Below are positions 1-13,374 of a stretch of DNA of 64,000 nucleotides, one piece after another. The stretch is taken from positions 665,732,987 through 665,796,986 of the forward strand of contig NC_058131.1 of assembly GCF_016433145.1 (NCBI RefSeq), in the 5' to 3' direction. Position numbers and translations under genes: made by a program. How positions within the stretch are numbered: the stretch's first letter is position 1; each line of letters begins with the position of its first letter. The DNA is from Gracilinanus agilis (taxonomy: Eukaryota). Under the pieces are notes generated by a model. That model was given only the letters and a program-made list of their open reading frames with translations. It had not been told where the DNA came from and did no database searches.

Positions 1-48
<48 letters not shown>
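1..48. repeat. (AG)n microsatellite
   Basis: Pure AG run at the window start. Confidence 0.98.
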
Positions 49-53
<5 letters not shown>

Positions 54-1349
54 CATGACCACTATGAGTGAGTGCCAGCAAGAGGAGAGATCACTGTGAG
101 CCTGGGATGTTCAGAGAAAGCCTCTGGGAGGAAGTGAGACGGGTCCTAATAGGCAGAGTTAAAAGGAAAGCATATGTAATCTCCATGCCTGACCACATAA
201 GGTCTCAAGTACCTGGGCATATGTGTGTGTGACAGAGAAAATGCCCAGAGAGAGGTGCTGAATTTACATAGCAAACTAAGGTTTGCTTTTGGTTTTTCCT
301 CTCCTAGGTCCCTCTCCACTCCTTGGAGGCTTGAGCTTTAAAATTGTTGCTGTGTCTCTAAAATCTTGCTTTGGGAAGAAGCAAATAGTAGGTGTGTTAA
401 TTAGGATAGATTTGAACCCTGCCTGGATTGAGCACAGCAAGGGAAGCAGAGAAGTTGGCTGGGTCCAACACAGCCCGATGTAAACCTTCCATTGAGATGA
501 TGGTGTGTAAATGAAGCAAGCTCTGTAGTGAATACAGTCCGGTACCTAACCCAGGGCTTAAATAATGATTCCATCAGTCCAGTGAAACTCCTGCTGCCAG
601 TGAAGAATGGCAACTCATCTCTACCATCTAGTCTTGAGGAGTGTCTGTGCCACAGAGATGTAACACAAGTCACACGGCTGATGTGTGTCAAAGCCGGGAC
701 GTGGAATCCAGTCTTTCTGAGGCCAAGGCTAGCTTCCTCCCCACCCACAGCCACTAAGCCACAACACTTTTCACCTTATACATGGTAGCTACTGACTGAA
801 TATTTGCTGAATTCAAGACTAGAATATGTCATGTGATCCATAAATTACTTTTGGGCATTCAGAAAAGGAGAGCTCAAAGAAAGTGTTTTGCCAGCTACGA
901 AAATACAACAAAACAAAACAAAAACATCATCTCTGAGGCTTTGCAGTGATCTTTATAATGTTTCCATTACTAAATCTCCAGTTGTATTCTGGGTGAGATG
1001 TAATTGGGAAATAATTGTTCATATTTCACAAACATGGCAGAAGCTACCGCCCTGGCCCTGGGTAAACAAATTAGAGATGAAGAAACTGATTTAGAAAAGG
1101 AAAAAAAATTATATCCGCCCTCATTAGCCAGGATAAATAACATTTCAAGGCCATGATTTTACCATGTGAAACTTTTCAGTAGAGAGAAAGATGAACAGAT
1201 CTTGGAATAGTCCCAAAGCCTTCCTTTCATAGAGGCTCAAAAATCTTCCTGGTAACTCCATTCTCCATCAGCTGCTTTGCGTGGCTTCAACTCCACAAAA
1301 CAACCTGAGCCTGCGTGGGATATCTCTTTTCCATTTCATTTTCTCTTTT

Positions 1350-1470
1350 TTCTCCAATTAGGTTATAAGTCCATTGAGGGCAAAGACTGTCTCTTCTTAT
1401 TTGTATCCCCAGCCCTTTGCAAAACACTTGGCACACATTTGGCACTTAATACATGTTTATTAAAGAGTAG
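1350..1470 (+). mobile_element. L2 LINE 3' end fragment
   Basis: taagtccattgagggcaaagactgtctc...gtatccccagc...ggcacttaatacatgtttatt matches the L2 3' terminus. Confidence 0.75.
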
Positions 1471-1474
1471 AGAG

Positions 1475-1635
1475 CGCGTGGTGCGGTGCTGGAAATCAGG
1501 AGAGCTGGATTCTAGTCACACAGTGTGACTTCACACAAGTCACCTCATCCCTCTGGACTAATAGTTTTCCTCTGTCAAATGAAAATGTTGGACCATGTTA
1601 TACTTCAGCCCTTTTCAGTTCTAGAATCATATAAT
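1475..1635 (+). mobile_element. MIR/MIR3-type CORE-SINE
   Basis: tRNA-like head, gtgtgacttcacacaagtcac core, cccttttcagttctagaatc tail. Confidence 0.65.
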
Positions 1636-1774
1636 CAAAGCCATTGTTCTTGGGTTTTGAGTTGAAATGAAAGTAGCAGACTAATCCACAGAAGAAACAG
1701 ATCCAAAGTCAGTAATTCAGGGAGTTTTCCCACTCGGTCTGAATTTTGGTTCCATTTTATTATTACCTGATCTG

Positions 1775-2060
1775 TAGTGTTCACCTCATCTTCTCCCCTT
1801 CAGTCTCAATTCTGCTCTTTTCCCCAACTTTAACCATTCCTGTCAATGGCCCCAACATTGTCCTTGTCATTCTGGGGCTGAAGGTCTTAAAGCCCTCTTT
1901 GATTTACCTCTTTCTTTCTTATCACTAACATGCCTATATTCACTGAGTGCTGTCAAATCCTTCTTCTTGCCGAATCTTCCAAATTTCCTTCTTCTCCACT
2001 TCTATTGCCATGACTGGCCTGAATCATCAACTAGGCTCCATTCCTCTCTGTTTTGGTCTC
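1775..2060 (+). mobile_element. L2 LINE fragment
   Basis: Pyrimidine-rich L2 internal sequence (ccattcctgtcaatggccccaacattgtcc...ctttgatttacctctttct). Confidence 0.65.
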
Positions 2061-2998
2061 CAATTCTTCTGGATGTCATGGCTACCAATTACAGAGGATG
2101 AGAAGAAATACATATCTAATTATAGCTTATCAGTCGATAACCATACTTCTGGGGCTGGTAAGAATGTTACAGGACACCTTCTTCATTTTACAGATTCCTT
2201 CTCAGCTTCTTAATCACCCCCATACAGAATTCTGGTTTCTCTAGTCTACACCCTCCCTTTTATCTACACAGCATATATTATAAATGCCATATACATTTAT
2301 GAAAAAGAAAACCCATTTAATGCAACAAGAATTTATTGCAGATTGGAATAGTTACGGAACCCGGGCTTAGCTTTATTCATATGCTGCTGAATTGTTGATA
2401 ATTTTCCTAAATAACTGTTCTAATCATGCCTATCCAAAATCTTACAGTCCTGGTGACCATTGAAGAAAGAGGAAACTGATCAACCTGGCATTCAAGTCAC
2501 CTTCCAATGTGATTTCCAAGACACCTTCCAAGTCACTATCCAATTAAAGGCAGCATTCTATTCCTCTATCTCTTGGGACACCATTGAGTTAGACTAGTGT
2601 ACAAGATAAGGAACTAAGAGAATTTCTGGGGATAAAATAGCCATTATTTACTCTGAAGACAGAACGATTGGCTTTGGAAACAGAAGAACTATGATCATTT
2701 AATAGTCACAAGGAACTGGCAAAAATCTGGGGCAAAAATAATTCCCTCACCCTACTGAAGAAGTTGAATTTCCAGAGAAGACGAAAGTATACAGATAGCT
2801 GGGGATAGTTCATCTTCTCCCCCTCACCACCAAGATCCTTCAAAAAATATTTTCACAACTTTTGTGTTCTCCCTCCTTCCTACTGTAACACCTGTGGCAA
2901 TTTGTCTGGCACATGGGTCCTCAAGAAAAGCCACCTCAGTTTCATAGTACTCTATGGGTATATATCCATTCAAAACTATAATTATAATTCACAGGTTC

Positions 2999-3000
<2 letters not shown>

Positions 3001-3035
<35 letters not shown>
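3001..3035. repeat. (AT)n microsatellite
   Basis: Pure AT run. Confidence 0.97.
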
Positions 3036-3036
<1 letters not shown>

Positions 3037-3101
3037 TTTTACTAATTAGTCATAGGGTGCAATTAGTTCAAAGCAAAGAAATTTCATGAAATAGGATAGA
3101 A

Positions 3102-3250
3102 GACTGAGGTTTGGGGATCCCTTGGTTTAGGAATTCTGCACTGTGGTAGAGCTAAAACTAAGTCTATATTAAGTCTGGCATTAATATGGTAAGCCCTGAG
3201 GAGCCAGTGGCCACCCAGCTGCCTAAGGTGCTGAGCTTTCATGCTGATGC
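3102..3250 (+). pseudogene. Degenerate 7SL (SRP) RNA-derived element, P7SL_MD-like
   Basis: attaagtctggcattaatatggtaagccctgaggagccagtggccacccagctgcctaagg aligns by eye to 7SL actaagttcggcatcaatatggtgacctcccgggagcgggggaccaccaggttgcctaagg; upstream gactgaggtttggggatcccttg resembles the 7SL Alu-domain segment. Confidence 0.8.
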
Positions 3251-4089
3251 GACATGTTAAAATGGATATTCTTGGCCATGTACAATTTAGACCAGATGGC
3301 TTATGAGGCCCCTTATAATTCCACAATTTTGTGATATAGCATAGATAGAGTACAAACAGGAGAAAAGCTAAATAACAATACAAGTTAACTAAGGATGGAC
3401 AACATAATAAATATCCCAAGGCAATATATGATTAATTTACCCACCAAAAAGTCTAGACAATAAACATTCTGGGAGTTTGGAAGAGGCAGATGCAATCCTG
3501 GGCTAAAGTGGTCTTAGAAGGCTTCACAGAAAAGAAGGAACTTTGGATTTGGGCCTTGATGGGCAAGGATTTGGTTAGAGAAAAAAAGGAAAAAATAAAG
3601 GAAAAGGAGGGAATAGCACTAGCTAGCAAAGGGAAAGCTCATGGTTTGTGTCATTAGACAATGAGGAGAATAGTTTCATTGGAATATTGGGCTTATGTAA
3701 GAGAGTAGTAAAACATAAGACTGTGGAGATCAGTGGTTGTTAAGACAAATCAGGACAGTGGAACCTTGGTTAGGAAGGTAAAGAACTTCCTTGATAAAGA
3801 AGTTCCCCCAGGGCAGTAGTATTGTTAAAGCTGTCCCAAGCTAGACCCCTGGGAGATGCTATGAATGAAAATATATTTCACTCCTATGAGGTCTGGAGTT
3901 ATTAAGAATCTTCCACCTCTATTCAGAGTATCAGAGATGTTCCTCCATAAACCATACCCTTAGAACTATAGCCCTTCTCTTTTACCTTTTTTCCAGAATC
4001 TCCTCCTTCATGATGGTGTCTCTTTAGGATTATATTTGTTTTAGAAATCATATAAAATGTAAACTTCCTTTACTAGTCTTGGTTACTAA

Positions 4090-4993
4090 ATACATATGGT
4101 TAGGCAAATTATCAAAATTTGCATAGAAGAATTTAATGAAATCCTCCAAATTAAATTGAAATAGACACTCAGTGATTTCAATGCAGACAGATGCCAAAGA
4201 CTTAGAATACACAGAAGCTTCATGCCTATACATCATGAAAAATCTCTTTGAAAAGATGAACATAGAATAACATCACAAAAAATGAAATTGATTATGTTAT
4301 AAGAGACAGGAAATGACTGGCTATTATTGATGTGAGTCAACTCTGAAACAGCTGCCTACCTACAATCAGACCACTGATTTATTAGATCAAAGATCACAAT
4401 TAGTTCGAAACTTAAAGAATAAAAACAAGGAAAAGCTATAGCTTTCAATCAAAACACTTCCAGTCCAACCAATTTAAACAAGTTATTGATGCCCAAAAAT
4501 ATTATATGGATGGGAGAAAGAACATAGGCACTAATTACAAGGGATCCATGTGGAATTTTAAACAATGTAAATCAATTACTATATTGAAGATACCAAAAGA
4601 GCCTAAAATTGTCAAGAGGAGATGTGTCAGCCAAGGGCAGCTCAAGTTTAGAATGTAAATTCATTTGGAAAATCTTACAGAAAATGATCATAGGAGATTA
4701 TAAAGCCGTACCGTTTCCTAAGACAAAGTGATTGGTAAAACTAGCTTAAAGCAAACTTGACAAGAGAGCCAACTGATTAAAGTTTTTCTGAGAGCATTCA
4801 AGGATGAAACTGGCAGACAACAAACAAACCAAAGGTGGAAAAGATCTGTATGTATGTGTGTGTATATACATATATATGTATGTATGTACATGTGTGTATG
4901 TATAAATCTCTTTTTAGTATAGAAAACAGTGTATCCATCATTCTTAGACTTTAATAGCCCAATCCCAGACAGGTTTAAATAGCATGCAGAAAT

Positions 4994-5052
<59 letters not shown>

Positions 5053-5430
5053 CTAGAAAAACAACTGGATTAGCCCAAAGGATAGATGAAAGAGATCTGT
5101 GATACAAGTGACACAATTGTGAGGGATCACTTCTCATGGTATCTAAAAAAGAGGAAGATTTCAAGTGAGGATAAATCATCAAGCCTTAATAACAACAAAA
5201 ATGTGACTCATAAGTCATCAACAACTGTCAACATAAGTGCCCGCTTTCCCATCTACATAAGAATTTATAAAAATTATGTGCACATGCATTTAGTTCATCT
5301 TCAATAAGGGTATTAGTAGGAAACCACCAGCCTTTTTCAAGTGATATTCCACATCTTTACCATCATTCAGTTGACTGAAAGATATAAAGAATACAATATC
5401 CTATTGTGTATATTTTTGTTGACTATTAAA
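4090..5430 (+). mobile_element. RTE-clade LINE remnant (endonuclease to RT), disrupted
   Basis: Translated remnants SDFNA (GDFNA), NEIDYV (4281), SDH (~4367) and an RT segment (catctttaccatcattcagttgactgaaaga...tttgttgactat); stops and frameshifts; (TA/TG) and (GA)n expansions inside. Confidence 0.85.
4996..5049. repeat. (GA)n microsatellite within RTE
   Basis: Pure GA run. Confidence 0.97.
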
Positions 5431-5571
5431 TAATTTAACTCAGCTCAGCAAGTCACCACCACAAAGGTTCTCTTCCAATAAAGTACCTGTTGTTCACACA
5501 TCAAAATTCTCAAAAATTCGTTGAAATATATAGTAACAGAGACAGCTTTGTTTCTTGATATCTTGCTCAGA

Positions 5572-5815
5572 GGCAGCCAGATAGAGTAGTGAATGGTGTC
5601 AGATTTGGAGTTAAGACCTGAGTTTGAATCCTGATTCAGATGCTCATTAGCTGAACAAATAATTTAACCTCTCCATCTCAATTTCCCTCATCTATAAAAT
5701 TGGTATAATAACAGCCTCTACCTCACAGGATTGTTATGAGAACCAAATGAAATAATATATGCAAAATTCTTTGTAAATCTTAAAACACTATATAAATGTC
5801 AGTTGTTATTGTTAT
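5572..5815 (+). mobile_element. MIR SINE, near full length
   Basis: Head, CORE (ctcaatttccctcatctataaaattgg) and L2-like tail (gtaaatcttaaaacactatataaatgtcag). Confidence 0.85.
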
Positions 5816-5904
5816 AACTAATATAAGGCAAGGCATAAAACTCAGTGATGGCATTGCCATGAAGAAGATACAATAAAAGAATAAATCAGAGGGATTATCT
5901 ATAG

Positions 5905-6075
5905 ATTATGGGTCTTAATCAGGGATCTATGGACAGATTTCAGAATGTCTATGAACTGGTATCAAGGGAAGTCATATCTTTGTTTCAATATAGTACATTA
6001 TTCTGAGAAGTGGTCCATAGGATTCACCAGATTGACAGAAAGGATGATGACACAAAAAAAGGTTCAGTAGCCCTA
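5905..6075 (+). mobile_element. hAT-Charlie MITE (Charlie4z-like)
   Basis: ggtcttaatcagggatctatggacagatttcag...attattctgagaagtggtccataggattcaccagattg...gacacaaaaaaaggttcagtagccct. Confidence 0.7.
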
Positions 6076-7574
6076 ATAAAATGATAAATCATTCCATAAA
6101 AACTCTTGTTCTTAGGAAGCATTTTTCTGCTTTCTATCAAGTCCCAAGCAGAATGTCCTAGCCACAGAGATGAGTCTGATCTAATTATCCATCCAAATGA
6201 AAGATGTTCCTAGTCCAAATTATGGCATACAGTTAAATAAACAAACCTATGGATTTTATCCATCAATATATATAAGATCATAATATTCTAGCTATAAAGA
6301 TGGCATGGAATTGTGAGCAACCACCCCTGCCCCAGCAGGTCCCCAAAGGAATTAGCTCCAGCGCTCATTCCTTTGGGGCTTTCAGTGATGTTTTATGGCA
6401 ATGAATGATTTCCAGTTAATCTCTTGGTCCTCCCAAAAGTTTGAGAGGAGACAAGGAGGAAATAGAAGTCCCCCAAATAGAGTGGCAGTGATCTCATACT
6501 AGAGTAAGCTGTTCTATCTTTTTTGTTTCAGTTGTTAATGTGTTCATGTCTGCTCTGAATCACTCTCCTGCTTACAGAGCACTGCCTTTCATTGTCCTTT
6601 TAAAACTTGATATCTGATGTTAAACTATAGTGAATGATGGCATGAGTGCTAAGGAAACTCACCAGAGGCCCTTCCCTTAGGCATCTATGAACCTTCAGCT
6701 CCTGCCCAAAACTTAGAAAACAAAAGAAACTAAGAGGTCTGATCAATTAACAGAGGGGCAGGTGACCATCCCCATAGTCTGGCCTGCTGTTAAATGGCCC
6801 CTAATGCATCATATTCCCTCCTGGCTTGGGAGATTTTCCTAATTTAATCAATTTTGCAAATCAGCTTGACATGCTTAATTGATCTTCTTCACATCCGATA
6901 TTGTCTCTGTCACTCTCTGGGCCCACACCTCCCTCTCCCTCTCTCTCTTACTCTCCTCTGCTGAGCTATTGGGAAGAGAGGGAGCAAGGAGAGTCATTAA
7001 AAACCAAAAGATTTCCCTAATGCTGGAAACAAAAAGGGAAGAGCTAGACTTCAGTCATTTCATTTTATTCATTCAGGCAGAGTCATTTATGAGAATAATC
7101 ATCGCTTGGCTAAAGTCATTTGAGTGAGGGGTAAAAGTCAGGTAAAGGGTGGTAATAATACAGAGGAAAATTTGACCAGATGGAAGTAAAGATGGGCCAG
7201 GAGATGATTTGTTTCACAGTGTGTCCATCTGTACTTCCTCTCAAAGCCTGGATGCTCCAAGAAGAGAGCTACTTGGCATGGTCTCGGAATGCAAAGTTCA
7301 AAAAAGTGTATTCCTCCAAGTAATAGGGTATGTAAACCCTTACCCCCACCCACCCAATAGCATCCTGAGAAAAAGCCCCTCCTGTGTCCTGCTGGTTACA
7401 GCACTGTGGTCAGGAAGACAGAAAGGGAAAAGTCTTCACTATATATGCTATAACCATAGCATACTTCTAATTTGGTGGGGGATGGAGAAAAAGCCTGGGA
7501 ATTTGAGGGTCCCATCACCCTTAGAAACCCAGCTTCTGTTTCCTCATATGTAAAATGAGAGAGCCAGTCTAGAT

Positions 7575-7770
7575 CACAAGTTCTTTGGCTTTTTTGTGTC
7601 ATAAACTCCCTTTTAAATGTTTTTCAAGCCTATGAATTTCTTTTCAAAATAACATTTTTAAATAAATGAAATAAAATATATAGGCTTACAAAGAAAACCA
7701 ATTATATCAGAATACAGTTATAAAATCATTTTAACAAAGCAAGTTCATGAACCCCAGGTAAAGAACCCCT
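7575..7770 (-). mobile_element. hAT-Charlie MITE (Charlie4a-like deletion derivative)
   Basis: Reverse complement has both Charlie4-type ends (aggggttctttacctggggttcatgaactt; atgacacaaaaaa) and the internal ataactgtatt...aattggtttt segment. Confidence 0.65.
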
Positions 7771-7815
7771 AAAGTAGATGATCTACAAAGCCTTTTCCAA
7801 CTCCACGGTCCTTTC

Positions 7816-7818
<3 letters not shown>

Positions 7819-7866
<48 letters not shown>
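7819..7866. repeat. (AC)n microsatellite
   Basis: Pure AC run. Confidence 0.97.
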
Positions 7867-7868
<2 letters not shown>

Positions 7869-10800
7869 CTTTATAACATTCCAATTGAACTTCAACCTGG
7901 AGCCTGCCATCTTGGCTAAATCAATTTCACTGAGGAAACACATTAGTAGTGACAAGGAAAGAATCTTTATGGGCTGAATGTAATAACCCAAGTCACCACC
8001 TCCAGCTTCCCCCAGAAAGCTTCACTGAGGAAAAGCCTTGAATTAACCTTAGAAAAGAGGGAGAAATGTCTGGTTTCAGTGACTAAGAACAAACTCAGAT
8101 TCCTTTTTCTGCCCTGTCCCTCGTATGAAAAGGTCAGTACTAACATAGCCAAATGATTCCCCTGGCAATTCATATAAGCTGATTTTTCCCTCTTCATTCT
8201 CTGCAATGGCCTTTCTGCTTACTGATGTAGGTGGGAAAACCATTTATGTGCCTCTTCAACATTCACCCACTTTCTATTTTGACTAAATGGCTGTTGACAG
8301 CCCTCCCATTACAGGGAAGATTTCTCTGTGTGTTGGCAAAGAGATGAAGACCTGAGAAACAATTGGCCTGAATATGAATTGGCTATGACTTCTGGGGAAA
8401 TGGAACTTTTGGGATATGTAAGGTTTTCTCCTCTTCATCCTCATCACATTCACAGGCTTTTAATGACCTTCTTGCTCCTGATTTTCAGGGCTTACCAGTG
8501 AATAAATATTTTGTGCCTTTTAAAGCTAAAAGAATTTTCTTCCTTCCCAATTTCCCTGCCAGTTCTCTTTGTCTCTCCCTGTGTGCAATTGTCTTGTGTC
8601 TGCCTGAATGTCCATCTCCATTTCTATTTCTCCCACTTTCTGCATGTATATAATACTTCCTCTCCGTAATTTGCAGAACTCCTAACTGACAATGGTGAGC
8701 ATAGGCTTTTCTAGTCCACTATTGCCCTCATACTACCATCTCTCAGGACGTAGGATTCCAACATCTACTAAGGTAATGACACATCCTCCAGAATGTCTTC
8801 ACTGCTCAACTACTGCCTTCCCAGGTGCCATCCCTGGAAATGAGACTGAATAATCAGGATTCTCTATTATGATCAGGGGCCTGAGTCCATGCAGCGCTCT
8901 CCGGTTCTCTAAGAGCCTGTTCCTCTTCTGCTTTTGTAGGATAATTCCAGGCTGTAGAGTTCACATACATATCAACCAAGACTCAATCATCTCTGATCCT
9001 AAGACTCCTAAATTAATCCAAGAAAATGTAAATTTTCTTGAGAACAGGGATACTTTCCAGTGTTTGTCTTTGAATCCCCACTTGCATGCCATAATGCCTT
9101 CTGAAACTTTATCTCTCAGCTCTGGACATTTTCACTGACTACCCCATACCTGTAATGCCTCCCTCCTCAACTGTGCCTCCTGGCTTCCTTCCAATTCTAA
9201 ACAAAAGCCCAGATTCTACAGGAAGCCTCTCCCAAACTCTCTTAATTTTAGTGCCTGGTAGATAATAGGACAGTACTGGTATATAACAGGAGCTTAATAA
9301 ATGTTTATTGCAAGACTGGTTAACAAAGAGGTTATTTAACAAATTCTTTTCTGGATGAAATGTCCTATGTAAGCTATCAAGCATCCAATGGGTTGTATTC
9401 CATTTAGGAAATATCATCAGTCATCTCAATGTGATCTCAATAAGAATGACCACACATTATATAAGGGAAAATCTTCAAGACCAGTTTAAAAAAAGTCTCT
9501 TTTTATTAAATGGACCAGTTCACACTCTTAATCTGTAAAATTAAATATAGTGCATTATGATTTTTTTAAAAAGAGTACTTGACCTAGAACCAAAGCACTT
9601 GGATTCAGATAAGCATCAGGGCCACAATGCTCCCTACATTTTGACTTCCTAGACTTCTAAAGGATTTATCAGTTTGGGATTCTATAATCTAGTCAAGGTC
9701 ACCTGCTTGTCTTTGTTCTTAAGTATCTGTGACCTTTAATACCTCTTAAACATTATAAACCTGACTTTCAAATTCTATTTGATATTCTCCCATTCCCCCC
9801 ACCCTTCCCCTCATTTCTTCTGCTCTTGAGTAATTATAATTGTTAACCTCCTCTGCCCTAAAAATCATTGTATAATCTGCTGTCCTGGGCCAGGGCTGAC
9901 CAGGCCAATCTGGTCCCTAAAATTTGATTCTGGAATAAAATAAAACACGTAGAGAAGATCTAACAGTCAACAAAAGAATATTTACTTAGCCTAGTGAGGG
10001 AAGGATAGTAAACAAGGATATTCAGTGAGTACACCACATTGATACAGCTGAGTTTGACCTCTTCATATTGTCATGCAGTTTATCCATAGTCAGAAGCCTC
10101 AGAGAAAGAGCTGGAAGTCCTAGTGACTTTTTATATTTAGGTGACCAGTAAGCCATTTCAATAGCCTGAACTGTCATCCCTAATCCAATCAAGTCTCAAG
10201 GAAATTTTCAGTGCATTTTAAAGTTTAAAAACAATCTAATTTTCATGGGACAGGGCCTTAGGAAAAAGTAGCTTAACCTACATAAATAGGACCCTTGGAA
10301 ATATTGTACCTATCACATGATCAGAACCTAATTTTTTTAGTACTCCCAAGACACCTATGAAGGCTGAACAGCCAACCATACTGATATTTCCCTAGCAGGA
10401 GCCCCTAAGGACACTGAAGGCCAAGTCGGAAATTGTATCCAACCTGCAAAAAAACTAGATGCACTCACTAAAGAGACCTTCAGAGAATTTGAAAGTTGTA
10501 AATTCCTGGCTGATACAGTGCTGAAAGCCAATGGACCTGTATCTAGATATAGCTATGGGTAGGCAGAAGATTCCCCAGAGTACCCAAAGCAATTATATCT
10601 GGTTTACATATGTTTGCAATTTGAGATTCTCCACTTTCTTTAGGAAGGTTGGCTTGATGAAAAGGTAGGGTGCTCCCTGGGCTACTTTTGAGCTACTTCT
10701 GACCTCAAAGAAAATGTCTACCTAGTGGAGACCATAAAGGGGTATCTCCATGAGGTCAAAAGGACTTTTTATTCTCACCTTTAAACCAGGCAACAACAGA

Positions 10801-11468
10801 GTAGCAACCCCACTGAGGGGAGAGAATCATGACAGGGTCACTAATTAGCATCAAATACAAATGTTCTGATAGATTATTTTGGAAAGGCATGGTTATAGCT
10901 ACTTGTAGGGAAATGTGATTAACAGTCTGCCCACTTATCCTGAAATAAATTCACATAGTCCTATCTGTGGTCATGTTGTACTGGAGAGGAAAGTCCAGTC
11001 TGACCTTGAATCCAGTATATTCAGTCATGTAGATCCAAAGACCCATTAGACCCATTATATCTTTCCTTCACCCTTCCTTTGTAGGAAGCATCTTTCAGCA
11101 TCATCACTGGCTTCCTCCCATCCCAACTGTATGAGTCTCCCTTCATGGTGATCAACAAAATGATAACATTCTCTCCTTTCACAGCTGAAGCTTCCTATCT
11201 TCAAAAGAAGCTCAGTTCAAGCTGTTTAAGAAACCATTCAAACTCTTTGGCCTTTTCTTTCCCATCCCCTCTTATCAAAAAACCAAATAATGCCATATTT
11301 CTGATCTTTGATTATTCACCTATGTAACTCAGCTCTTGGATGCCTCTATTATACAATAACTATGATAAAATCCAGGCCTCACCTTGAAATTGTTTTCATT
11401 TCTCCTTTGCTCTCCTCATACAAGTGAAGGTTCTACTACCCTCCTAGACACTAAATTTGAATCCTAAA

Positions 11469-11628
11469 NNNNNNNNNNNNNNNNNNNNNNNNNNNNNNNN
11501 NNNNNNNNNNNNNNNNNNNNNNNNNNNNNNNNNNNNNNNNNNNNNNNNNNNNNNNNNNNNNNNNNNNNNNNNNNNNNNNNNNNNNNNNNNNNNNNNNNNN
11601 NNNNNNNNNNNNNNNNNNNNNNNNNNNN
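11469..11628. other. Assembly gap (160 N)
   Basis: N run. Confidence 1.
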
Positions 11629-11629
11629 T

Positions 11630-13020
11630 ACCATATCTTATCAACACTGCCTCCATAATATCTCTTTAAACTGTCTTCTCTTCACTTACACAGAAACCAT
11701 CCTAGTGTAAGCCTTTATCCCCTCTTCTTGGATTACTGAAACAACCCCTTAACTGGTATCCTTGCCTCTGGTCTCTTCCCTCTCCAATAAATCCTCTATG
11801 TTATCCTCAAAATAATCTTCCTGAGGCTCAGGTCTGAAAATGTCAATCTATTCAAAATTTTTCATTAGTTCTCTCTTGCCTCTAGAATGAATACAAACTC
11901 AGCCTGGCATTTAAGACCTTCCATACTCTGTTTTCTAGCTACCTTTCTTGCCTTATTTCAGATTACTTCACAATTTTACATTCCAGTTAATGTGGATAAA
12001 GTAGAGATTCCCTGAGTTCAACATCCCATCTCTTGTCTTCCAGCATTTGTACTTCCCATCTTTGTGTATTAGAATCCTGCCTTCATCATCTCAAGTTCTT
12101 TCTCTTCCCTATAGCTTTCCCTGATACCCCAGTTGTTCATGTTTTTTCTCTTGTCAAATTACCTCATCTTTACTCATTTTGATATACATTATGACCCACA
12201 GAGTAGAGTCTCATCTGTGACATCTATGACCCTGTGTTATCAATAACAAGTCATTGTACTTCTCTGAGTCTCAGGCAACTCTCTATAACAACTCTGACTT
12301 AATTTCCTTAGGTATTCCCAGATCAAACTCAATCATAGATTCTTGCTTTAAATGCATCACTTCTGAAGCAAAATATCAGTTCCTTCAGAGAAAGGATGTT
12401 TTGGTTTTGTCTTTGTATTCTTAGCACCAGAATGCTCTGGACATCACAAGAAACAGATGACAGTACAAAAACAAATTGATAATATCATGATGGGAAATGT
12501 CTCATTACTTAGTTAGGAATCAATATTGACTCCACTATGTAAACTTGTTAGAGAAAAGACAAAAATAAATACAAACCTAAAAGGAAAAGGAAAAAAGGAT
12601 ATGATGTGTAATTAAAGTCCTTGCAATCTAACGTATTTAAGCAAATTATTAATGTCCAAAATTGACTATGGGTGGAATAAAGGAAATACAAAACATTCCA
12701 TCTCCCACTTCTGGGCATTTTTCCCTGGTTACCTTCATGCCTAGAATGTTCTCCTTCCCCATCTCTACCTCCTGATTACCTTCAAGTCCTAGCTCAAATT
12801 CTACCTTCTTGAAGAATCGCCATAATTCTAGTGCCTTTCCTTTATTTCCAATTTATCCTTTACAGAGCTTATTTAAATATAGTTGATTGCATGTTGTCAC
12901 CCCCATTAGACTCTGAGTTCCCTAAGAACAGGGACTTTCTTTTGCTTTTCTTTGTATCCCCAGCACTTAGCACAGTGCCTGGCACAGAGTGGGTGCTTAA
13001 AAGATGTTTCCGACTGATTA
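11630..13020 (+). mobile_element. L2 LINE fragments (internal part plus 3' ends) with small insertions
   Basis: ggattactgaaacaaccccttaactggtatcc..., cctggcatttaagaccttcc, and a 3' end ccattagactctgagttccctaagaacagggact...gcacttagcacagtgcctggcacagagtgggtgcttaa. Confidence 0.75.
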
Positions 13021-13374
13021 TAATAAATTCATGTAGAAATTCAACCAGTGTAAACCATTTGTCATAATGAGGAGACCAAAAGAACCTTTAAACCATTTTA
13101 GTCAGGAAATGATCAACTTATTGGCCAAGAAAAGAGCCAAGGGCTATTTTGGTTTAAAATATATTTTTATATTTTAAACATGTAAATTCACTTACAAAAT
13201 TTTATGGGTATAAAAATTGGAAGCTTTTGAGCATTATTGTCTCATCAAACAGAAAGAAAGGATGAATGGTAATCTAAAATTAAGGAAAATTTGTCAATAT
13301 ACCCAGCTGAATGAAATCATCTCAAGGACCTAAAGGGTGAAGTTGGAATAAGGATCCAAAAAATGAAATATGGA

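Noticed and set aside
2123-2133. tagcttatcag matches the first 11 nt of mature miR-21
   Set aside because: The sequence diverges immediately afterwards (tcgataacca versus actgatgttga) and there is no precursor-length hairpin; a chance match.
4718-5307. ORFs of 154 and 73 aa
   Set aside because: They lie in a decayed RTE with a (GA)n expansion and are not host genes.
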